DNA of 64,000 bases from the NCBI GenBank assembly GCA_964016885.1, contig OZ024742.1:356376001-356440000 (forward strand), in the 5' to 3' direction. Shown here piece after piece: positions 53,360 to 64,000 of the stretch (positions are counted from its first letter, which is position 1; every line of letters begins with the position of its first letter). This stretch comes from Eledone cirrhosa (lineage: Eukaryota). A program made the position numbers and the translations under genes. The notes beneath the pieces are model-generated. The model was not told the DNA's origin. It did not search any database and worked only from the letters and a program-made list of their open reading frames with translations.

Positions 53360-53905
53360 TGTAAAAGGTAAACAGAAATAACAAAGCAAACGACACAGTA
53401 CATTGAAGAAATATATTAGTTTAACACTTGAGATAGCAGGAAAAGAGACTCAACGTTTCAGACACTAGTCCTTCATCAGAAGATAGTTATAATTAGAAGA
53501 TAAACATAAAAATAAAGTGAGAAGAGAAAGGAATGGGGAAAAGTGAGAACCAAAAAGGAAAAAGAACACGTGCCTATTCAGGGCGGAGGTGGTGAGAGCA
53601 GACCCCAGATCGCTGAAACTCACCGAGGAGATGACGAAGGACCGCGACAAGTGGAGAGATGCTGTGCTGAATAGGACCCGTCCAACCCTTGCAAGCAGGG
53701 AAAAGCGGACGTAAAATGATGATGATAATGATGATATATGTATATATATACCATCCCGTCAATCTATCTTATTCCTCATTCTTTCTTCTGACGAAGGACT
53801 AGCGTCTGAAACGGTAAGACCCTCTTCCTGCTATATCAAGCGTTTACCTAACATATCCCTTCCATATACTGTACCGATTGTGTTGTTATTTCTGTTTACC
53901 TTTTA
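53360..53905. mobile_element. Two oppositely oriented copies of a Penelope-like pLTR family flanking an RTE 3' end
   Basis: 53360-53485 (-) and 53780-53905 (+) are homologous. Further copies at ~23117-23175 and 60021-60110; all abut (TA)n. Confidence 0.55.
53784..53820 (+). ncRNA. Hammerhead-like motif (related antisense copy at ~53447-53483)
   Basis: CTGACGA-A-GGAC(tagc)GTCT-GAAA-CG-GTA. The minus-strand copy is CTGATGA-A-GGAC(tagt)GTCT-GAAACGTT with palindromic AACGTT. Stem I is imperfect. Confidence 0.5.
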
Positions 53906-54095
53906 CATACATATATATATGTATATATACTCTCTTTATAATGCCATCCACTTTCATTTCAGCACCTTTTTTACAGTGTTTACAATACATTTTCTCATAG
54001 CACCAACACTAACAAGTTGCCACACCACAGAGGATGGAAACAATTCTGAAATGCTAGTATTTACCACTCTCACACGTTCATTGAAATGTCTATAA

Positions 54096-55346
54096 TGTGA
54101 TGATGATGATCATCATCATCATCGTTTAACGTCCCTCTTCTAGCATGGGTTAGACGGTTTTGTTCCATTTGATGCAGGAATGGTCGGAAGACCATGTCTT
54201 GCTCACACGGAAGCATCTCTGGCAGGTTTTTTTTACAGCTGGATGCCCTTCCTAACACCAACCACATTTACAGTGTGGACTGGGAGCCTTTTTACCGAGT
54301 CTCCTACATGGCCATCTTACAGTGTGGACTTTTGTGTCATCGACACAGTGGATGGAACGGGACAGGTAGGGTGTGGTGTGGGGTGTACATTGAGTTAAGA
54401 GGTGCCTACTGACTGTAGGTTTGTATGCAATGGCAGTCGAGTCTTCTGTACAACTGCATGGTGTCAAAAGTCTCGATCCAGTGTCATTGTCTTAGAGAAG
54501 TGTAGGTGAGCAAGGTCAGTTTATCTCACCTCGTCCCAGGTTTTTCTTGGTCTACCCACTCCGCAGCTTCCATCAATTTTCATTGCCCTGCACTTTTTTA
54601 TATAGCTGTCATACTTCATATGCATCACATGTCCATACCAACACAATCTCCTCTCCAGAACACAACATTTGATACTTTTTATGCTTAGTCTCCCTCTTAG
54701 TTCGTTTATGCTTCGCCTTTTGCGCACATTATTATTACATATCCGTTGGAGCATGCAAGCTTCATTTTTTTCAATCTACACAAGATTGTATGATGCATGT
54801 ATAAGAATGATGATATTACAATGCCCATGTCCCACTGCCATGTAATATCATCGTTCTTATACATGCATCATACAATCTGCCTTTCATTTTTAGAGAAAAA
54901 CCCCTTGTGGCCAACAGCGGTATTAGCTCTCTGAACTTTTTCCATCCCGTTTTAACTCTGGCTACTACACTTTCAGAGCACCCTCCTCCACTGCTGATTT
55001 TGTCACCCAGGTAACGGAAGGTGTCTAATATTTCTATAGAACCATCTTGGCATCGGCCACATATAAAATCTACATTCTTAGATAGTTTACCTGTGATCCC
55101 ACTACATCTTTTATGTACCCATAGTTGACATTTTGGACATAGAATGGAGTTTCTGCCTTCTCCTTTCTTACACACTGAGTATGGCCATTTCCCAGAGGGT
55201 ACTTGTGCCCTATTCTCCTTTCTACAGACTAGAACCTTAGTCTTAGTCAAGTTGACTCTAAGGCCTTTTGATTCAAGGCCATGTTCCCATGTTTGGAACT
55301 TCCTCTCTAGTTCAGCCATGGATTCAGCTATGAGAATTAGATCATA
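54096..55346 (-). mobile_element. RTE-clade LINE 3' fragment (same family as 39097-41090)
   Basis: ORFs 54816-55319 and 54521-54754 closely match the 39.5-40.4 kb peptide; (GAT)n tail. Confidence 0.93.
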
Positions 55347-57149
55347 GATTAAAATACCGATAGTGAGACTTTTGTATATTTATTATACATAAACATGTTT
55401 TATATGCTTCCATTATATTTTATTTTGAATCAAGCTCTATTAGTGTTACTACTAATTAATATTAGCTCATCAAGCATGTGCTATATGTAAATGAAAATCT
55501 CCAAAATGTATTATTTCCCAAACCTTCTATTTAAAGTATTCAACTTTAGTACTGAGTGATTATACATCACTGAAGATGGAGAAATATCCTGAAATACTAA
55601 TATTTAGCCTTTTTTATATGGTTACTGAGATAGCTGTGACATGATAACAGTTTGAAATACCCCCTTCCATATGTATATCTTGGACATACTTATCTGATGA
55701 TACTCTCATATTTGTAAAGTTGCTCTCAAATTAAAAATATCCTCTTGTAGCCCTGTCAGGGATTTCTGGGAATTTTATTCTCATGGTCTTTCGAGTAGAA
55801 GTCATCCAGTCTAATCTGTTCAGATGATCATTGATGACAGCCAAAGTCTCCTTGTCCATAATTAGTCCACTATAGAAAGCAACAGTTTATGAGTGATAAT
55901 CAAATTGTCTGCTAACAGATTTAGATGAATGGCTCACAACATCCCAAAAGGTCAAGTGAATCTTACTAGTCTCACTAATCTTTCTAATAACAATTTATCT
56001 CAGATTTTTAAGATGAAATGCATTGACTACCCAGTCAGTATCCTATACAGGTGTAATCAAATGTAATCATCTGTAATCAAATTTCTGATCTAATAGTAAG
56101 ACAGACCAACATGACAGACTAACTCTAAATCAAAGCAGATGGAGAAAAAGTGAAACCTAGAACTCTGTTGTGTAGCACAAACAGCAGCACCATATTTAAA
56201 CTTATGATTATTTAGTCTAAAACCCTGGCAATCTGACAATTTTGCTACAACCAAATATTGCCATAATATATAAAATAAAAACAACTAATGTCTAATGTTA
56301 AATTGAAATTATGCAGAAGCAGGTTAACATTTCTAAATTAAATTTATATTTGTCTTGTTTTAATGAAATAATATCTTCAAAACATGCACTATGTTGACAT
56401 TTATACACTGCTATTTCCTTGTTTCATTTTATTTATTTATTTTTTTATTTCTCTTTTGTTACTATTTCTTTAAGTTAATTTTCTTGGTTCCGAAACAGAA
56501 ACCAATATTAATTTCTTCCGAAAGCAGTTTTTGTAACAAAACAGACTTTTCTGAGAAAAAAATGATTTGAAGAGTTATTTTTGTAAAGAAAACAACAAAC
56601 AAATCAACTATAAGATATATTGCAATATATATGCATGTATACATATATATCCATATATATATATATATATCAAATCTTTAATATAGAAATGGCTTCTACT
56701 GGACCAGAATTGTTTCAATTTCTTTTAAATGAAACAGTTCCAGTCATGTAGAAGTAATTTCTATATTAAACATGATGTTTCTACTCTTTAAATGTTTTGA
56801 ATACCTTACTTACTTTGGTTACCACCAATTGAACATAGGACTGACATATATATTTATATATATATTTATATATATATAATGATCATCACTTTTATCTCCA
56901 TTTTTCCACCTTTGGTTACAAAAAACGATGAGATATACATATATAAACTTTTTCAAAGTTATTCTGCACCATAAGTAATACTGAACACAGAAGCTTATAT
57001 GTTTTTTCATAAAGACTGAAGATTGATGGTGCACACGTTGAAATTAGTCTATAAAGAGAAATATTTTAATATAATTCTGATAAACTAGCAACTTTTCCTA
57101 GAGGAAATTTATTTCTTTTCAACTTAATTATTTGAGATAAGCACAAGTT

Positions 57150-57540
57150 CTTAGAAAGCACTTTGTACTTAAAATGCATTTACATAACCATGCTACAAAC
57201 AGCTGTTGGCTGTGAATTAAACTATAAATGTGTAGTTCTCTTTCAACAGGATTTAGTTTAAGAATATGTATGTTTGACTTTCTAAGTGCCACCAGCTGCT
57301 GGAAATTTGAAAAGGTTAACTTAACAGCGGCCAGATATTGTATTTAGTATAGTTATAATGAAGTAGTAGCTTTTGAATTGATAAAGTGAACTTCTATAAG
57401 ATAGGATTAGCAGTTTGTATACCCATATTAGTAGTCATTACAAAGTAGTCTGTAGAAGTGGTATTCTTGAAAAGGTTATTTCATTGATATAAAGTTTTAG
57501 TTAGGATGGCAATTGAGTAGCCATTATGTATGTTACAGGT
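57150..57540 (+). pseudogene. Pseudo-exon, dynein C-terminal domain
   Basis: From 57181: YITMLQTAVGCELN...LTF*VPP/SCWK ... LN**SELL*DRISSLYTHIS (cf. L..L..A+.G........L....VP..W ... L..W..DL..R...L..W). Confidence 0.45.
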
Positions 57541-57707
57541 AGTTGTGGACTTGAATGAGATACTTTACAGTTTTCTTACATCACTAAAGTTATAAGTGGG
57601 CTTTATTTTAAAAAGTACTTATTACGCCAGTGTGATTCTTTTTACACGTAATAGAAAGCTATTAATTTTAGTATACTCGTGAATGATAACTGAAGAGGTA
57701 TCCTTGT

Positions 57708-58060
57708 ATCATCATTTCATTTCATCATCATTTCATTTTACGTCCGCTTTTTCCCTGCTTGCAAGGGTGGGACGGGAACTGATTCTGGCTTGATTTCTAC
57801 AGCTGGATGCCCTTCCTAACACCAACCTCATTTACAGTGAGTGCTGGGTGCTTTTTTGCCGTGGCACCTCCACGACCACTTTACAGTGGAATGATAGGGA
57901 CTGGGGTCCCTATCATCTCATTTCTACAGCTGAGTAAACTGGAGCAATGTGAAATAAAGTGTCTTGCTCAAGGAAACAACACATCACCCGGTCTGAGAAT
58001 TTAACTCACAACCTTTCGATTGCAAGGCCAATGCTCTAACCACTAAGCCATGTGCCTCCA
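57708..58060 (-). mobile_element. Full-length tRNA-derived CORE-type SINE with RTE-derived tail
   Basis: A box tggcttagtgg, B-box-like gagttaaattc, core tccttgagcaagacactttatttcac. The tail cccttgcaagcagggaaaa..gcggacgtaaaatga matches the short-tail RTE 3' end. Confidence 0.85.
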
Positions 58061-58329
58061 TATATTTATATATATATAATGTATATAAGTATCTTTCTAG
58101 ATTGGTAAGAGGTATAGAAGTACATTTTACATGGTTAAAACATGGAATAGTCAAACTATAATCTGCAAGGTGTAGAAGCAACTGCTTTAAAGTTCAGAAA
58201 TGTTTCTCATAGAATGCTACAAAACGTGAATTCTAAGCTGTTTCAGAGATTAAAGAATTTCCGCAGTAACAGAGGAATAATTTTCTAAATAATTATTGGG
58301 AGCTATGTTCATGAGTGATGGAAGGTAAA

Positions 58330-58506
58330 AGGCTGAATTGCAGGAGCTGGTGCAGTAATGCACCAGCTTCAGTATTTGGTCATCAGAAGAAGGGAGGTAG
58401 GTGTAAAATCCAAACTCATTATCTTCAACATGAATCTTAAGTAATGACTAAAAGAATACGATCACAAATACAAGGGGCCAAAATGGTGTTAATCCGAAGA
58501 GTTACA
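58330..58506 (+). mobile_element. Rex3/Expander-like RTE internal fragment
   Basis: IAGAGAVMHQLQYLVIRRREVGVKSKLIIFN / VMTKRIRSQIQGAKMVLIRRVT. Confidence 0.75.
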
Positions 58507-58724
58507 TATCCTTATAGGGTATTAAAAATGTATCATACCAGTCTAGTATTGATTGATCAGCTATATCACTTTCACACTTCCTTTCTATCACACTCTCTGT
58601 CCACCTCTTGTAGAAATTGTCTGTGTTCAGATCTAAAGAGGAGGTGGGCTTCACCAGGTCTAATATGTCCCTATGCCTTCTCTACAACACCATTGGGAGT
58701 TACAAGTTCACACATAAAGCTGAC

Positions 58725-58982
58725 AGACTGTAGTGGGATATAGGGGGATTGACATATGATATAAGGACTGGCTGTGGGGGACTAGTACAATATAGGGATT
58801 AACTGTGGGAGACTGTAATAGGATCTGAGGACTAAATATGAAAGACTGGTGTGTGTTATAGGTGGTGACTGTGGAAGAGTGTAATGAGAAATAGGGACTG
58901 GATGTGAGGGATTTTAATATGAAACAGGGGTTGATTATGGGACACTGTTGTGTGATATAGGAACTGACTATGGGAGATTGTG
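58725..58982. repeat. Degenerate purine-rich minisatellite, about 32-bp unit
   Basis: Recurring atagggact(g/a).ctgtggga.act motif. Confidence 0.55.
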
Positions 58983-60108
58983 AAAATGCATGAATTAAGT
59001 GATAGGACTTCTATATTTAACCCCCCCCCCCCCAGAAACCTTCTATGAAATTCAAGCTCACAAGAGGTCAGTTAAACCTATAAGGTGTGAGCAATAACAT
59101 CTACAAAACGACAAATTGTGGATGGACATTGTAGGAAATGCTCGCTAAATGTGGAAGACTAATACAGTATAATGAAAAAGTGGAGTATATTCATGGTGAT
59201 GTTGTTCAGTACCAGGTCATCACTGATCAGGCAGACCAGTGACTAAACATATTACAATCATGACTATCCTGTCTAATTTCCAGACATTGTGTAACATGGT
59301 GGCATTAGAAAACAGACATTGAAATGATGGTGATGAAGTCAGCTGTAGGTATAATTGCTATCCGGAATTCATGCTGTTTTGTTGTAAAATCAGAATACAT
59401 GACATGAAACTCAAGCAAATATGTGTACAGTTGAACAGAATTTCAAAAACTTTGCAAATAACCTAAAAGTTTAGCAACTGAAATCTTTGTCACGCTAAAC
59501 TTACTTTGAGTAAAGTAAATACTACTGTATTTATAAAGTTCTGTGGAATTTTGCAGTCATCTATCGAGATATTTTAGTGTTCAGACTATTAATTTAGGAG
59601 TATTGGGTTTCTATTCCAACTTTACAAAACATCATTATTTTAACGATATATATTAAATCACACACAATCCCAGTAGGAGTATTATCTCTTCTAAGATGTT
59701 AACATGTTCGTTACATTGCTTAAGATCAGAAGATAATTATTAGAATTATCAAGATCTATAAGAAAGAGCAATGTTATTGATTTAGCAGAGAAACAAAGGA
59801 ATAAATGAAGACGTTTTCAACTTATAAATTTCTCTGCATTGTCTGTGTGTATGTGTGTGTATGTGTCTGTGCATGTATGTTTGTGCGTTTGTGTATGCTT
59901 GTGAGTGTATGTACAATTTTCTACAATTATATTCATGAATCTATGCATGTATAATATATGCATGTACCTATTCATATATATATACATGTAAACGTATATT
60001 TACATATATATATATATATATGTAAAAGGTAAACAGAAATAACAACACAATTAGTACAGTATATGGAAGGGATATATTAGGTTAATGCTTGATATTGCAG
60101 AAAGAGGG

Positions 60109-60185
<77 letters not shown>

Positions 60186-60554
60186 GCTATATATCATGAC
60201 CATCTTCTTCATCATTAGATGGTCCTTCACAGACTAGTCAGTATTCACACAGAGCTACTCAACTCTCAGATAAATGAGGGGCCTACATCTCACTTTTATA
60301 TGTTCCTACTCTCTATTGATTGCTCCCAATGTCCAGAAGTCTGCATTTCACTTACATTCAGTCCCATTATCATGTTAATGCGTTTTATTGTGACCTCAAC
60401 ATTTGGCAGGTTATCAAGTTTTTAGCAAAACTAAAGAGTATTTCTCACCAAGTTTTCTACAGCTGCATGTTTGTGCTGTCATCAACCATTTTATGAGGGT
60501 TGGCAGAAATAATCATAGTCTGACAAATATACTTTCATGGAAAGTGATCAAATG

Positions 60555-60783
60555 AGGTTTAATTTTCAACATAGTATCCCTTGCGGTCCACAAACTTCTT
60601 CCCTTGGTGTTACAGTGTTTGGATCTCATTGGTTAAGAAGCTTTCATCCTGTTGGTAAAAAAAAATCATCAACAGCAGATATGACATCATCATCTTCACT
60701 GCAATACTGGTTCCAAGCCAAGTGTTTTTTTCCTAATGGGGAACAGATGATAGTCAGATGGAGCCAAATCAGCACATGGAGGG
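60555..60783 (-). mobile_element. Mariner transposase C-terminal fragment
   Basis: PPCADLAPSDYHLFP-KKHLA...DDDVISAVDDFF...KKFVDRKGYYVE (YSPDLAPSDYHLF motif). Confidence 0.88.
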
Positions 60784-61079
60784 TGACAAAGCAGTTCAAA
60801 TCTAGCCATGCAGTGTACTGAATGAGTTTATTGTGGAGCTCATCAAAACTAGAAAGGATGTCATGATATTGACACAATTGTTGTGTCCTCTCAACCTGTT
60901 TTGGTATAGTTTCTACAGTGGAATGCCCTTCCTATCTTCCTCCATATCACAAGGTGTACTGGGTGCATTTTTTATTGTACCAGCACTGGAGAGGTTTGTG
61001 ATTCTTCTATGGCATGGAGTACAATAATAATTAAATGTAGATTAAGAATCAAGTATTGATTGACTCTAAATATATCACT

Positions 61080-61495
61080 TTACTCATTAGTAATACTCAC
61101 CTTGCTGTTTGCACATCTATACATGGCTTTTATAGCTCCCATGAACTGTTTGTCTACACTTAGCTTCCATAGCACCTACCAGATTACACAGTTGAGGACA
61201 CTGTTAGAGGACCTCTGTAGATCAGCAAATGTTTGGTAGAGAGGCCTACAGTTTGCTAAGTACTTCTATTACAGTTGTCTCACAAGGAATATGGTATCAG
61301 AGTTATCACTTCCTGGTACAAAAGTAAACTGCATCACATCCAAGTTCATACTATCTCTACTCAGTTGTACTCTTTCAGTAACTATCATAAGTCTGTCACA
61401 TTGATACTTCACTAGTTCCTTCTGTCTAGTATATATCCTTTGTCCCTGGAGCAGTTGACAATGTTGCTGCTATTCCAGACATTGAGATTAAACCA
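61080..61495 (-). mobile_element. Old RTE reverse transcriptase fragment
   Basis: NLDVMQFTFVPGSDNSDTIFLVRQL**KYLANCRPLYQTFADL. Confidence 0.8.
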
Positions 61496-63017
61496 TTTTA
61501 TTAAAATAAATGAATTTACTAATTAATAATAATTTAAATTAATTACTAAGATGTATCGACCCCAGGTCAATGGATTGGAGGAATGATATAATTAACTTTC
61601 TCATTATCTGGTGTTTGGAACATAACATAATGTTGATGTTCTCTCTCTTTCACTCACTGCTTCCATCTCTCTCACTCTCCCCATCCTTCACTATTATAAA
61701 CAAATGAGAGCCCACTGCTGGTCACCCCATGGCCTTGGTGGGCAGGTGAGGGAGACGTGTTGGAAGAGCCATTCGAGGCATTCTGTATTACATGATTTAC
61801 TATCTGTGTCATATATGCTGATATTTCCCATATGCAGGAGCTGAGGCATTCAACTAGTATACACCACCTTTCCTCCCATCACCCCCTCCCTTACACCTCC
61901 CTCAGTGTAATCCCCCCACCCTTATAGCTACCTTCCCAATTCCCATTAATCTCCCACACCCAAGTCACTAGTCCACACCATAAAGTGGTCATCCTGGTGC
62001 TATGACAATAAGTGCTCAGTCAACACTGTAAAGTGGTCATATGGGTGTCACAACAAAAAGTGCCAGTCCACATTGTAATGTGGTCATGTAAATATCACAA
62101 CAAAAACCCCCAGCCTACATTGTAAATTGCTTGTCTATGTATCACGAAAAAAGCAGCCAGCACTCATTGTAAATGTGGTTGGCATTTGGAAGGGCATCCA
62201 GTTGCAGTAACCGAGCCAAAATCAGTTGTGTCTGAGCAAAACATGGTCCCCGAACCTGTCTCACAATGTGGCAGCACATCTTACTCATGCTGGCATAGAA
62301 CCTGGATGTTAAATGATGATGATGATGATGATAGCAGGTATTTCTATATAAATATTCATAAAATTACGAATGATTTAGAGGTGCAGCATAAGTCTATAGA
62401 GTGGAAAGACAATGAAAAAGGTGAGTCATGATATCAGGATAATCCGCATGATCTTGCTCCACTGCTCCATTGTACTTAATTTGAATCCACTCTCAAATAA
62501 AGGACTGAAGACAGTGAAAAGATTATATATATGTGTACACACATATATATGTGTGCACATGTGTTTATGTATGTATACGCATATATACATATAAATACAC
62601 ACACATATATATATCAGCTTTATTGCAACTACAACTTCGATTTATACTTATTAGTATTATATATATATTTACACACACACACACACATATATATATATGT
62701 ATGTACACACACACATACAGAGAGACAGAAAATTCAATTTATCTCACTCTTAACTTTCCCACTGGGTGTAAACTTCAGGTAAAGTACTTACTTCAAGCAC
62801 ATTGGGGAGCTTTATCGTAGTTCGATGTCATGTCATGCTTTCGTGTTTCTTCCTGATTGATTTTTAAATTTTGGACCGTCTGTAAAACTTTCAAATGCTT
62901 CAAGCAATATTTGTTTCTATGTCTGCATGTTGATGTTAAATTATTTTCTTGTGTATGTATGCATGTGTATATTTGGGTTTCTTTTTTTACGGTATATTAG
63001 CTTTTTACCTCATATAG

Positions 63018-63260
63018 TTAAACATTTCCTGGTGCTTACAATATATGTTTTGGAAGGCTTACTGATTGAATATTTTATTTCAAAGTTATTTGTCTTTCTT
63101 TGACTATATATCCTTTTGATAGAAGTGTCACATTCTTTGTGCATATGTATGTATTTCGGAAGCTACTTTTATGCTATGAATAACAGCTTTAAATTTAACT
63201 TTGCATGAATTCTATATAACTTTCCCGTATGCCACTGTTCCTTGCTGTTAGCATGTGCCA
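63018..63260 (+). pseudogene. Possible pseudo-exon, C-terminal beta-barrel
   Basis: catatag acceptor ends 63017. FPGAY / IYVLEGLLIE (cf. G.YI.GL+LEGA.W) and IYNFPV near 63215 (cf. Y.CP+Y). Confidence 0.3.
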
Positions 63261-63674
63261 TTCAGTGAATAGAGGTTCAAATAAATGCAGTTGTACTTAA
63301 ATTATTAGATAGCTGTTTCTTTTACTAATCTGTTGCTATATATTTTTTACATTTTAATACTCTTATGCAGGGCTATATTCTTTACAAAATATATTCTGCA
63401 TTTAAAACATACAACTTAAACTAATATTTGTATTGCTGCTATTCAATAATGTTTCCTACTTATGGTCAAATAAGAAACATTTCCAACAATTTTTTTTGTT
63501 TTGTTTCTAAAATTACCTCTGCATTACAGGGTAAAAAACAAAGTCAGGTTTATTTACCTGCTTCTGTACATACGTTACTATCTGTGTATGCATTTTATTG
63601 TTTCATTGAATAAATATTTTTGTTTTTGGAAGTGGGGATGCACCTTTCTATACATAAACTGTATTATCAACAGT

Positions 63675-64000
63675 GAAAGCTTTTAACAGGATATCTCATT
63701 CTGTAATTTGGAGGGAAGTCAGGAAAATAAGGTAGAGCAATATCTTGTAAGGGCCATATATGCTATGTACAAATATGCAATCAACAACGTTAGAGGTAAC
63801 AATAAATATAGCAATGAATTTAGATTGCAGGTAGAGTTCTACCAACATGCAGTTTTTTTATTCTCTTCTCTCTTTTATAGTCCTCCAAGCCATAACAGAG
63901 GAATTTAAAACTGGCTTCTCGTGGGAACTCTTACATGTTGCTAATCTAGGTTTCATAACAGAATGTCTGGTAGAATTTAGAGAAGAAATTTTAGGCATGG
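63675..64000 (+). mobile_element. Old RTE reverse transcriptase fragment, runs off the window
   Basis: KAFNRISHSVIW, LVRAIYAMYK, LQAITEEFKTGFSWELLHVANL. Confidence 0.85.

Overview
AT-rich, repeat-dense animal DNA. The SINE and RTE families and the (TA)n load look like a coleoid cephalopod, probably Octopus (inference). I found no intact protein-coding gene, no true tRNA/rRNA and no CRISPR array; most ORFs in the supplied track are translations of microsatellites or transposon fragments. Three layers are visible. (1) The short unique segments between repeats, read on the + strand, give collinear fragments from about 2.6 kb to 63 kb. They contain stops and frameshifts and follow the domain order of a dynein heavy chain motor: AAA4, stalk, AAA5, AAA6, C-terminal domain. 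The closest match I recall is the divergent DNHD1/CCDC35 type, so this looks like a decayed, intron-containing pseudogene. The call rests on by-eye comparison with remembered motifs and needs tBLASTn/HMM confirmation. (2) Short non-coding Penelope-like pieces sit in (TA)n arrays as fold-back insertions carrying minimal type I hammerhead-ribozyme motifs. One appears essentially intact (35821-35861) and one has a large structured insert in loop II (47926-48037). (3) Many retroelement relics: RTE LINEs with a PHD-like finger inside ORF2, Rex3/Expander-like RTE, a CRE-like RLE element, CR1 (whose 3' end seeded a 61-bp minisatellite with a 5-unit higher-order repeat), a mariner fragment, and modular tRNA-derived SINEs. 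Repeat boundaries are approximate unless stated exactly.
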